A stretch of DNA of 64,000 nt from Haliotis cracherodii (lineage: Eukaryota): the NCBI RefSeq assembly GCF_022045235.1, contig NW_027266275.1:28644001-28708000 (forward strand). Direction: 5' to 3'. Of this stretch, positions 23,283 through 35,129 are shown one piece after another (positions within the stretch are counted from its first letter, which is position 1; every line of letters starts with the position of its first letter). The notes beneath the pieces are model-generated. The model saw only the letters and a program-made list of their open reading frames with translations. It had not been told where the DNA came from and made no database searches. The translations under genes and the position numbers were made by a program.

Positions 23283-23484
23283 CAGTCAATGTGTAAAATG
23301 ACTGAAATTTTCACAAAGGCAATTTACAAAACGCCCATTTATTTAGTATATTGTGATGTTTTTAAGCCTTTTTTAAACTTTCAGTCAATCTGACGAGAAT
23401 TCTTTTTTTTGTAAAATGACTGAAATATTTTGGCGTTTTGTAAATCGCCTAAGTGAAAAATTCAGTCATTTTACACATTGACTG
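23283..23484. mobile_element. MITE with ~55-bp TIRs, apparently nested in a decayed pogo-like MITE (~23170-23555)
   Basis: CAGTCAATGTGTAAAATGACTGAA at the left end and TTCAGTCATTTTACACATTGACTG at the right end. Confidence 0.8.
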
Positions 23485-23604
23485 TAACATATATACAAAG
23501 TTGTATTTTTCCTTACCAAGAATTCTTTAATCCGGATATTTCTTAATCCGGATAGGTTCATTTGAAGGGTGTTGTGACGATTAACCTGGCTTCATTGTTT
23601 ATAG

Positions 23605-23755
23605 TGCGGTGGGGTAGCCTAGCGGTTAAAGTGTTCGCTCTGCCACGCCGAAGGTCCAGTTTCACCTCCCCACAACGTGTGAAACCCATTTCGCCGCTGT
23701 CATATTGCTGTAATCTTACAAAAAAGAGGTGTAAAACCACACTCACTTACTCACT
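23605..23755 (+). mobile_element. Decayed SINE family A
   Basis: gcggtggggtagcctagcggttaaagtgttcgctc head and ACTC tail. Confidence 0.8.
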
Positions 23756-23863
23756 GTTTATGATAAAGAGGCTGCTTCAGTGCAACAAGCCAACTGGACA
23801 GCGAAACTCGAGTACATATAGTCCTCACTTTGTAATCCTTTAGTTAATGTCCACAGTTGTATA

Positions 23864-23925
23864 GAATCCTAGTAGGGACATTATCGCATTGTCGCGACAA
23901 TGTGATAATGTCCCTACTAGAATTC
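23864..23925. repeat. 62-bp near-perfect palindrome with no loop
   Basis: GAATCCTAGTAGGGACATTATCGCATTGTCG|CGACAATGTGATAATGTCCCTACTAGAATTC; two mismatches. Confidence 0.95.
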
Positions 23926-25949
23926 CATTAGTTAATATATTGCATTTATAGGATAACACATCAGTTGTGTTTTCCGTCTCCTTTAGCCTATGTTTCAGCC
24001 GCTTGCAAGCGAAACAATCGCTGGCTGAGGTCGCTTCGTTCTCAAACCAAAATGGCGGCTGACTTTGACAGCGGGACAAGAAATTCCTGACTGGATCAAC
24101 GAGGAAATGTGCAAAGGTAGATAAAAACCCACCATCCTCAGTCTGCTCCACATCTCCAAAGAAGTCGTAAATTTCATCAGTTCGTCATCATCGAGCCTCT
24201 TTTATTACGTTCTTCTACGTCAAGGCAACCAAGCGGTAGTTGCGCCGCAATTTTGGAAGAGTCCGCATGCGCTTCGAACTGTTGCAGTGATTGATTTGCT
24301 TTCTCAAAGCGATTGGTGGCTTGCAACGCGCCCCTAGTCTACCAGTTGTCGGATTTTCATTTTTGTGGAAGCCTCGGTGGCTGAGGGGATTAGACAATAA
24401 CATTCCTGATAGCCTTACAACTGAACCAGACACCAACCTGCACAATACGCAATGATCGAAGTAAAAAATTCAATGTGCATATGCGTAAAATATATTCCAT
24501 TATGTACTTGAACAATCATCAAATTCATATCAGCACTCAGACTTTTACCGTGTTGAATGCAGAGCATAACGTGTAATTATAGCGTATTCCAGAGGTCAGC
24601 TTGTGGCATATTACATTGTGTAGAAATACAGAGGGACACTGTTGTATTTAAGTCGGCGGTGTTTCTCAAGGCCTCGTAATGTTAATGTCACGTTTTGTTT
24701 GATACCAAGTTTGTTTCAAACGGGATCTGTCGTTGCAATCCATTGTTAGTAATAGTCGCATTATCAAATGTGACATTGAAATTAAGTTCACAATGCATAA
24801 AGGCCCGGATGTAAACAACTATGAAAATGAACTTGCACACCACTTGATATTTGTTTAAGTTCAAGTTCTGTATTTCACCAAAACCACTCACAGTGGTTCA
24901 CGGTACAATTCAATTTTATTTGTAGCACTCAACATTTGTCAGGGGCCACATATTTGACTAATTGTGGCTATTTTGGTTCTTAGAATATGTTGAGTAGTAT
25001 ATCTACATGAGGCAGTTTCACAATACCTTTGCGAACTCTTGAAGTCAACAAAAACACAATACATTTTTGTTTTGTTTTCTGACTGTCAGTCCCCGTAGGA
25101 CCACAATATGATCTGAAGTTGCGCAGCCCTTACGGGAGAAAATAGTTTTACTTTCCACAATGATAGAAAATATAACTTTCCAAGACATAACAGAATAGTA
25201 ATTTGCCAGTAATTTTCGGAGTTGCTTATACACCAATCAGCCACGGTTCTAACCGGTATACCGAGATATGATCACATGGTTGTCCGCTGCTGAACCCTGT
25301 GTATTGCAGGTATCTCATCTTAAGTGAAACAATATCGACAATACATTCACTGTGATGCTAGCAAGCTGTTCCAATAATGTAATACTAATTAACTAAACAT
25401 ACAAACGGCAGTTGCTTAATGACACTTCATAAATGCTGCAATGGTGCGCTAGCCAATAAAACAAAGACAATCAATGACTTTCCGGTGTGGACTACATAAC
25501 TGTATTACTTTAGTCTACCTGACTTCAGACCAATCAAGCTGTTTTCTGCATAGTTTAAGTTTATTCGGTAACTAACCACTCAAGGTGGTACATGGACATA
25601 AATGCAAGAAAAAAGTTTCATTTACAGAGGATATTCACATGATTATAAGTATGAGAATATATGATAAATGTTTTAAGTATACAGGAGACAAATCTGCTGA
25701 GGTTTCTTAACACTGAGACTTTAGGGGTAGTAAATAGTTGTTGAAGTTTATGATAATTAGGTTTGACATAATAGTACTTTTTAAAATAGCGCTGACGGTC
25801 AGTTTCTAAATGTGTACTCTAAAACAAGTAGTGAAACTCGTCACCGACAGATGTATTACAACGTGGACAAATCCTACCAACAGGGTAAATCTATCCATCC
25901 TCCCTTCTCAACAGGTAGAGAGTGATTGCTGGCTCTAAACTTAGTCAAT

Positions 25950-26795
25950 GGTAACAAGTTTATATTATTTTTTATTAATATAGGGTCCAAGGCCGAATTC
26001 TGGTTTGATACAAGTGTAAAATATTGAACTTGATGACATAGTTTGATCGTTGTGCCATCCCTGTATAAACTGGTCTTTAAGCCTACTTTCTACAGTGGAC
26101 AGTAACCATTGTCTGTTGTCAACACTTTGGTTTAACCATACAAAGCTTAAACCACAACAATCTAATATATATATATATATATCATTGATACACTCGATCC
26201 ATTAAGAATGGTAATTGTTTGTGATATACATCTGGTAAAGTATGTTATAGATAATTACGTTATTATTCGTACAGGATATAGTTTTGTACCAGAATGCAAC
26301 CATTTGCTTCTTGATACTAATTGTTAAAGGGGTTCTACCAGTCTCACCATACAACATGTATAATGAAGTATGTTTTCTTAAATGGAGTATATACTTTAGA
26401 AACATTTTATGAAGTCCTTCCACCCAAGTGAGATCACTGAATCCCACACCTCGCAACCATACATTGCTAAAGGCGCTACCATGTGGTCAAAAGCTAATCA
26501 GTAAACATTCTGTTGGGAGATATATATTTCTGGCTTTGGATAATAAAGCAAACAAGTCTTTTAAAGATTGTTCTCTTGACCTTGTGATCTGTTTTTATTG
26601 AAAGCAATTCCCAAATATGTATAACACATCAAGTTTACCTTTTTTGAGGTGCCAGAACCAAAGATTACTATCTTTGTTTTATTTAGATTCACCTTCAGTT
26701 TCCATTCTTCGCAGTATTTTACAAAGACGTTTAGACTACTTTGTAAGTCAATGGGGTTTTCCGAAAATATTACAGTATCGTCAGCGTACAGACAT
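25950..26795 (-). mobile_element. Non-LTR retrotransposon (CR1-group-like) RT C-terminal fragment, 5'-truncated
   Basis: LYADDTVIFSENPIDLQSSLN..YCEEWKLKVNLNKTKIVIF, YTYLGI and LHKMFLKYILHLRKHTS..MLYGETGRTPL, with frameshifts. Confidence 0.92.
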
Positions 26796-27360
26796 ATACA
26801 GGCTGACATGGGCTATGAGTACTTAAGTGCCTTTGTGAATAAGTGCTCATGTCAGCCTGTATGTGTATGGGCAGGCCCATGGGCGACATAGTTTAAATTT
26901 TGAGTTTTCGAAACCTTATTTTTTCTACCTTAGTATGTACCCTTGGAAACAGCAATGTTGAATTTTGCAATAACCTTCGACCGAGATTGGACACAGCATG
27001 GAGCGTTTCTGGACAAATGAGTTTAAATAATTAAAATAATGTTATGGACCTATATAATATATTACCTCTTTGGATTAACAATATTATGCTTATTGAATAT
27101 AGTTAAAGTTATACTGTGGAACATTGTTGTTTTCGCTGCAGCCAGGGCCAAGAGGAGACAACAGCATTCCTGGAAATACGGACCGAAGTGTTTGGTGTAT
27201 AGAGGAATAGCCAAATACACCAGGATGGTTTTGTGGCGTTAAATTAATGCTAAGGATTGGATTTGTATCACTCAGCCACTGGCCGTTAAGTGGGTTGGGG
27301 TGTTCCTGGTATACCAATTTTTGTATTCAGTGTGATGCATGATACTGTTATACTATTATA

Positions 27361-27868
27361 GTTACCACAAAAATTTATCTGTCTCTGAATGCATATTAAA
27401 ATATGTTTCCACCAAACACCTACAATTATATCTTTGTTAGAATACCGATAAAACGTTATCCTAATTTCAAAACATTTTGGAAACGTTATAACCAAATGTT
27501 CACAGAAAACGTTCCTTAACGTTTTGGGAACCATACAAATTCACGTGAATAAAACGTTTCCAAAAGCATTTCTGGAATATTATACAGAAACATGTTAGAA
27601 ACGGTATAATCAAATGTTCACAGGAAATGTTTCTAAAACGTTTCCTTAACCATACAAAATCACATGATGAAAATGTTTTCATAAGAATTTCTACAATATT
27701 TTACACAAATATTTTTCAAACGTTATTACCAAATGTATCCGGAAAATGTTTCTAAAACGTTTCTGGAACCATACAAAATCACGTGAAGAAAACATTTTTT
27801 TAAACTTTTCCGGAACGTTTCGTGAAATGTTTTAGGGATGTTTTCATAACATGTTAGTGTTAGCTAGG
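27361..27868. mobile_element. MITE-like element with AAACGTT subterminal repeats and ~120-bp internal tandem units
   Basis: Right end tgttagctagg; repeated aaacgtt..accaaatgttc..aaccatacaaaatcacgtga blocks. Confidence 0.6.
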
Positions 27869-28119
27869 ATGGGGAATAACTCACTAGACACTTCCCTCTC
27901 AAAAACAAGAAAACATTGATGCAGAGCATCAAAGTTCCCCGCCATATGTGATGCCTCACAAACGCATAATTATGATGTTACTGAAAGGCATGAAGGAACA
28001 TAATTTTATTAACCACAAATAAGAAAACACTGTTATGGAAAAACATATTATTTATTTTGAGTATTTGGCAATATAGTTGAAACATTTGCATAGGGTAGGT
28101 CTATTTAGAAACAGTTTTC

Positions 28120-28305
28120 TTGTTTAACGCCCACTCAGCCTTATTCCAGCTACTTGACGGTGGACTGTAAATAATCGATCTGGTGATTTACATCAAGAGC
28201 ATCGAACTATGCAATTGGAATATGATGTCATGCATCAACCAAATCGTTGATCCTGACTACCCAATCCTGTTCGTCGCATCTTACGGCAAGCATGGGTTGC
28301 TGAAG
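28120..28305 (-). mobile_element. SINE family B, decayed
   Basis: gtcgcatcttacggcaagcatgggttgctgaag and tail gtttaacgcc..ctcagc. Confidence 0.8.
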
Positions 28306-29544
28306 AAATAGTATCTTTGTACATGCACTGTGTAAAATTACCATTGTCCAAAACCAGTTTTATTCATCACTGGACTTAACAAATAATATTTACATAATTT
28401 GATAATAAGTATATCACTGTGAATATTCATATGGAATACTAACAACAGGTACTTTTTGCACAAACCTGAAACCACAAAAGACTAAAAGTCTTGAATTGAA
28501 TTATGCAAGTAAAATAAAATACAAAACTTATGAATTACATACTTTCATTATGACCATGATAATGCATATTCGAATGGAATTCAAAATTAAGGGATATGTG
28601 TGTTTTACAGGTTACGGTTGGTATATCTATTTCAAATACTAAATAATAGTCATCAACATAATGTATAGTTTATACTAGAAGCCTTTCTTAATTTGATAAT
28701 TACACAACAATTTATGCACATGCTTTCTTCAGTGCATAAAAAACCTCCTTCATAATTTAAAATATTTCTTTAATAATTAACAAATTTCATCATGGAAGAT
28801 CATTTACTTTATTAAAGGTGTGTGACAGAGTGAATATAACTAAATGTAATGCATATTTACTCTTGAGTTTTAAACATATGACTGGTTTATTAAGTACTAA
28901 AATTACTAAATAAATAATTAAATAGAATATACTAAAATTAATTTCACGTTTAAAAACATCTTCATTGCAAAGATTTTCCAAATTACATACTCCAAATCTT
29001 GCCTTATAATTTAATGCCTATTCAAATTGTCAAAGGCACGGCTTCCATGACACTGCTCATGCAGTCAGATACCAGCATACCATGGTAAGTTGGCTAAAGT
29101 GGCCTACCTATTAGTAGTTACATTCTCATAAATAATCTAACATCACAGAAACATGTAACACATCCTCCGTAATCTTAAAACACTGTCCACTGAGACTATA
29201 AATACACGTCTGAACGATAGTACCGCACTGGTTGTTAAAATTATTGTAAAGGTAAAAAAAAGGACACATACCATTACGAAGGGTCCTATGGTTGTCAGTT
29301 GTCAGTCAGGAGCCAATAAACCTTGCAGGAATAACAAATAACCGATCATATTATTCCGAAATAAATAAACTTTTACGAGTGTCAACAGAGGTGACAACCA
29401 GGCTCGGTAGTATACTTGGTCCCGTCTACAGAGTTAGCTTAGGCGGTCGCGCATTTCGAAAGCAGAACTAGTTCATGAGATGAGGCATGTCACCGGAAAT
29501 GCTGGTACCGGAAGTTGCGCTTCGAGAGTCTTACGAACCCTATT

Positions 29545-29876
29545 GACGTAAGGATTATGAGAAAATGTGGGAAATACCCACCTGTTCATAAAATGGACTT
29601 GTCCGACATTGCCGAGGAGGGAGTCATCATTATAAAAAAACGGGTAAATATTTTTAAAGCTTATAATCTAAGCTAATACAATTTATTATCATCCATAAAA
29701 GGCTGTACATAATGTTGATATTTCATATAAGAAGTAAACGACTCGTGGTTCTTTATCGTACAAAAAAAACTCGGCAGAGAGAATAAACCACTCGAGGCTG
29801 CGCCCCTCATGTTATATTCTCCCTAACGTATTTCATTGTACGATAAACAACTCCTACTCGTCATTTATTTCTTAAA
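29545..29876. mobile_element. Second copy of the hairpin-ended element (matches 5295-5664)
   Basis: Shared aaatggacttgtccgacattgccgagg and gagaataaaccactcg.ggctgcg..cgataaacaactcc.actcgt..tttatttcttaaa. Confidence 0.8.
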
Positions 29877-29889
29877 CATACCACAACCA

Positions 29890-30095
29890 CATGGCACGGA
29901 AATTCGCTGGTCAGAGTTCTGTCATTTAGGCGTGCCCCAAACTTCGAATCCCAAAATCGCCCTGATTATGTTTCAAGGTTTGTCAACACCATACCTGTGC
30001 TCCTACGGCGTGGCAAACGTCTAATCTACATCACTTTGGACTTTCCTCCTACAGCCGACACGCCTCGACAAAATTAAAATAAAACTCACTCACAA
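29890..30095 (+). mobile_element. Decayed SINE family C
   Basis: ttcgaatccc..gattatgtttcaaggtttgtcaacaccatacc..tttcctcc..actcactcac. Confidence 0.65.
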
Positions 30096-30852
30096 ATAAA
30101 CACGTTCGAAGACGCCGGATTCTTCCAAGATCAGCCTCTAATCAATTACGCTGCGCATGTTCGCAGTTCTTGTTGGGGTCACGGTCTGTTACCCACGTAT
30201 CTGCCTAGCAGTAGTAGGGCGCATAACTTCAGTAATAGAGATATTAAACATGACCCAAGTCAACAGTATCGGGCGAACGGGAGCCCAAGAGACCCGGAGA
30301 GATAGACACTGATGGCACAAGACAGTTGTGTCTGAGGTTTTAAGAAATATAATTCTACTTATTGTCGAGAATTGATGGATAGTTTCTCAACACCTGTTCA
30401 TAGCCGCTGAAACTCTTGTGTTGTGATTCACTTTGGAAAAGCGGCGAAATATGTTCTTGTATGTTTAAATTCACAATATCGTTTGATGTATAAAACCTGC
30501 CCTACGTGTGCTATGGGAGATGTTTCAGGTTTCCTGAGTCCACAGACGCTATAAGAACCCGACCACATGTAGGTCTAGCGACGGTATGTCGGAAACTGCT
30601 GCTGACAGATACAGAATTGCCGAAAAACAAGCAGTTTCTCTCATAAACACTCCTCTTGGTCGACTCGACTCCATGTCAACCAGTGCGCGTGTGGCGTCAG
30701 ACAAATTTCTTTGCCATCAGGTGTCATTAACACTGATAGTGTTTCTCATCGCGGAATCCTATACCACTACATGGCTATAGACACTTAAAGTAGACTACAG
30801 CACTTTAGATCACTATAGTGAGTGAGTGAGTGAGTGAGTGAGTGAGTTGGGT

Positions 30853-31004
30853 TTACTCCGTTTTGAAAAGTTGTCCAGTTATATCACTACGTGTCAGTTG
30901 GACTGGGAAAGACACAGACGGAGATGCTGTTACACTGGGCAGTGTCATGGCCTCCGTGGTCTTTGGTGTCGTCAGGGGTTCTGTAGCTGCACTTGGAGGC
31001 AAAT
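30853..31004 (-). pseudogene. Partial duplicate of the MRTF-like terminal exon (first 104 nt) with intact acceptor and SINE-derived stop; pseudo-exon or alternative last exon
   Basis: 30901-31004 matches 63765-63868 at 101/104 nt; weaker intron and SINE homology continues to ~31145 (=64000); acceptor cttttgtcttgactagcAG; frame stays open to TAA at 30853-30855. Confidence 0.85.
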
Positions 31005-31056
31005 CTGCTAGTCAAGACAAAAGTGGTACAAAATATCAGAAACTACATTCCTACTG

Positions 31057-31245
31057 TGAGTGAGTTGGGTTTGACAATTCTGAGAACAGTAGCCCTCGAT
31101 TGAACATAGAACAGTTATATCACAGTGTGTCTGCTTAATTTCAGAGGAAAGCCCGAAGTGAGGAAGGTCTCAGACGTTTACCATTTTGGTGACACGCCCG
31201 AGCATGGGCATGGTGCTGACAAACCTAGAAACATAACCGAGACTA
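31057..31245 (-). mobile_element. SINE family C (paralog of the intronic copy at 63927-64000)
   Basis: gaggaaagcccgaagtga..ggtctcagacgtttacca..tggtgctgacaaacctagaaa. Confidence 0.85.
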
Positions 31246-31749
31246 TAGACCTACTTGATGACAATATGCACAGGACTATAGACCTATTTGATGACAATAT
31301 GTGCAGGACTATAGACCTATTTGATGACAATATGTACAGGACTATAGACCTACTTGATAACAATATGTACAGGACTACAGACCTACTTGATGACAATATG
31401 TGCAGGATCTAAGACCTACTTGATGACAATATGTACAGGACTATAGACCTACTTGATAACATGTACAGGACTATAGACCTACTTGATGACAATATGTACA
31501 GGACTATAGACCTACTTGATGACAATATGTACAGGACTATAGACCTACTTGATGACAATATGTACAGGACTGTAGACCTACTTGATAACATGTACAGGAC
31601 TATAGACCTACTTGATAACATGTACAGGACTATAGACCTACTTGATGACAATATTTAGAGGACTATAGACCTACTTGATGACAATATGTACAGGACTATA
31701 GACCTACTTGATGACAATATGTACAGGACTATAGACCTACTTGATGACA
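31241..31749. repeat. 33/30-bp minisatellite, about 15 units
   Basis: Unit GACTATAGACCTACTTGATGACAATATGTACAG. Confidence 0.97.
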
Positions 31750-32089
31750 GTGTTGAATTTGGAATTTGGAATCAAATATTTTTCAGATAAAACACAACCA
31801 GGTGCCATTCACCCATAGGAGCGACCGTAATGAATCGATGGAATACATGATGGTCTGTGGTTCAGTGGCCGGAGGCAAGGCTGTCGGTAGTTCGGGGGCG
31901 AGTTACTCACAACTGCGCAATATCCATAAATGCGTTAAAAGGTGTAAATATAAATTATCAGTTAGCCCGTTTTGTTTGTGCAGAGATAAACATTTGAGGA
32001 TTCCCCGGATACTGACACTGGAAATGGAACAGAGAGATGTATTGAGGAAAATGTGAATGTTTCACATTCTTTCATCGGCCGGTAATGGT

Positions 32090-32280
32090 TCCAGTATCAG
32101 TTGACAGTCGAACTGAGAGGCGCATCGCGTAATTGCAACGATGCACCAGTCGACGTCATTGGACGACCGTAGGGGGCGCGACGTGACTGGGTGCAGAAGA
32201 CGACCAGGAAAACTCTACAGTTCCGTCTAGCAACGCGGGACGTGATCAGGAGCCACACCGGTACTACACTCCCTTGTCAG
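32090..32280. promoter_or_regulatory. CpG-rich promoter/insulator-like patch
   Basis: High CpG density; CTCF-like CCGTAGGGGGCGC (~32167), GACGTCA, and RFX-like CTAGCAAC (~32227). Confidence 0.35.
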
Positions 32281-32370
32281 TTTACCCAAACACATTTCTA
32301 ATAAGATAAATAATTGGAAGTTGGTGAATGACGCAGTGGGAGATATAAGACAGGTGAATTACGGCTCGGG

Positions 32371-32528
32371 AGTGAGAGAGTTTAGTTTTATGCCGCTTAT
32401 AGCAATATTCCAGCAATATCACAGCATGGGACACCATAAATGGGCTTCACACATTGTAGCCATGTCGGGAATCGAACCCGGGTCTTCGGCGTGAAGGGGC
32501 GGATGCTTTGTCTCCTAGACTACCCCAC
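32371..32528 (-). mobile_element. SINE family A
   Basis: Matches 10507-10665. Confidence 0.9.
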
Positions 32529-33204
32529 AGGTTGTTGATGTTTACGATTTGGTGAAACCTACGAGCCCATTAGGGTGCTGGCAGACCGAGGATGCAGAAC
32601 ACAGAGAATGGTGGTGCCTTAGGCCCCTCAGACATTCGGTATCCGATAAACATGGACCGATGCTCATGCTATCAACCACTGGTTTGTCTGGACCAAGTTC
32701 GATTATGTGCAGCTCGAAGTGATATAGATGGTATAGTACTGACTGTGGCGTACTATAGAGGACTGACTGATAGAGCCGACAGTAAGTACAACGCATTGCC
32801 ATAGTGTTCCTGGAAGTCGTGAAGCCCATTTCTGGTGTCCCCCGCCGTGATATTGTTGGAATATTGCTACAAACGGTGCCAAACAATACTCACTCCCTCA
32901 CTCATCCTGGAAGCTTAAACTTTACAGCTTGAAACAGGCTTTGATGTTACCACTATGTGTACTGTGGCTGTGAGATTTCTGTTCTTCTTGTGCGCTTTGT
33001 ATCTGCTGATCTCTGACAAGAATCCATGGAGGAAAAGATCGCTGTAAAAATTCATGAGCTGAAGTGTTTCTCATAAAGAAAACACAAGTGGGGATTTATA
33101 GTATTCGTTTTCAAATGACGTCACCAAGTGCGGATATGTGTGTTGGTATAAAAATGTCATAAACATGGATAGCAAGAATTCGTACACCCACAGCTCACCC
33201 ACAG

Positions 33205-33630
33205 TGAACACTTGGCTAACATGACGGATAACATACGTAACATTTGGCTGATGTGTCGGATACCATGCTTAACATTTGCCTGATGTGACGGATAACATAC
33301 GTAACATTTGGCTGATGTGACGGATAACGTACGTAACATTTGGCTGATATGACGGTAAACATACTAACATTTGGCTAACATGAGGGATAGCATACGTAAC
33401 ATTTGGCTGACATGACGGATAACATACGTAACATTTGGCTAACATGACGGATAACATACGTTACATTTGGCTAACATGACGGATAACATACGTAACATGA
33501 CGGATAACATACGTAACATTAATTTGGCTAACATGACGCATAACATACGTAACATTTGGTTGACATGAAGGAAAACATACGTAACAATTGGCTGACATTA
33601 CAGCAATTGGCTGACATTACGGTACGCATG
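33205..33630. repeat. 32-bp minisatellite, sub-array 1
   Basis: Unit CATTTGGCTAACATGACGGATAACATACGTAA. Confidence 0.93.
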
Positions 33631-34980
33631 GGTAACTGATGGCTTATATGACATCAAGCATGAGTAACTGATGGCAAACATGACATCAAGCATGAGTAAC
33701 TGATGGCTAACATGACATCAAGCATGGGTAACTGATGGCTAACAAGACATCAAGCATGAGTAACTGATGGCTAACATGACATCAAGCATGAGTAACTGAT
33801 GGCTAACATGACATCAAGCATGGGTAACTGATGGCTAATATGACATCAAATATAGGTAACTGATGGCTAACAAGACATCAAATATAGGTAACTGATGGCT
33901 AACAAGACATCAAGCATGAGTAACTGATGGATAACATGACATCAAGCATGGGTAACTGATGGCTAACAAGACATCAAGCATGAGTAACTGATGGCTAACA
34001 TGACATCAAGCATGAGTAACTGATGGCTAACATGACATCAAGCATGGGTAACAGATGGCTAATATGACATCAAGCATGGGTAACTGATGGCTAATATGAC
34101 ATCAAATATAGGTAACTGATGGCTAACAAGACATCAAATATAGGTAACTGATGGCTAACAAGACATCAAGCATGAGTAACTGATGGCTAATATGACATCA
34201 AACACGGGTAACTGATGGCTAACAAGACATCAAGCATGAGTAACTGATGGCTAATATGACATCAAACATGGGTAAATGATGGCTAATATGACATCAAACA
34301 TGGGTAACTGATGGCTAATATGACATCAAGCATGAGTAACTGATTGCTAACATGACATCAAGCATGAGTAACTGATGGCTAACATGACATCAAGCATGGG
34401 TAACTGATGGCTAACAAGACATCAAGCATAAGTAACTGATGGCTAATATGACATCAAACATGGGTAACTGATGGCTTATATGACATCAAACATGGGTAAC
34501 TGATGGCTAATATGACATCAAACATGGGTAACTGATGGCTAACAAGACATCAAGCATGAGTAACTGATGGCTAACATGACATCAAACATGGGTAACTGAT
34601 GGCTTATATGACATCAAACATGGGTAACTGATGGCTAATATGACATCAAACATGGGTAACTGATGGCTAACAAGACATCAAGCATGAGTAACTGATGGCT
34701 AACATATCATCAAGCATGAGTAACTGATGGCTAACATGACATCAAGCATGAGTAACTGATGGCTAACATGACATCAAGCATGGCTACCTGATGGCAAACA
34801 TGACATCAAGCATGAGTAACTGATGGCTAACATGACATCAAGCATGCGGAAACTGATGGATTACATGACATCAAGCATACGGAAACCGATGGCTAACATG
34901 ACATCAAGCATACGGAAACTGATGGCTAACATGACATCAAGCATACGGAAACTGATGGCTAACATGACATTTAGCATACA
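33631..34980. repeat. 32-bp minisatellite, sub-array 2 (~42 units)
   Basis: Unit AACTGATGGCTAACATGACATCAAGCATGAGT. Confidence 0.97.
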
Positions 34981-35129
34981 CACCCATGGCTAACGCTTTA
35001 TTAATCAAACGCACATCCATGGCTTATAGGACAGCCAGTACACCTGCAACATTCGCAAATAGTGCAAAGAGTTTACATTTCGTCCAATTACACAGTCATT
35101 AACCTTTCTTGTACATCAAGCATATAGTT

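Noticed and set aside
31125-31658. MYRTIDLLDDN repeat peptide (units of 33 and 30 bp keep frame)
   Set aside because: There are in-frame stops at ~31410 and ~31656 and no splice or start context; frame preservation alone is insufficient.
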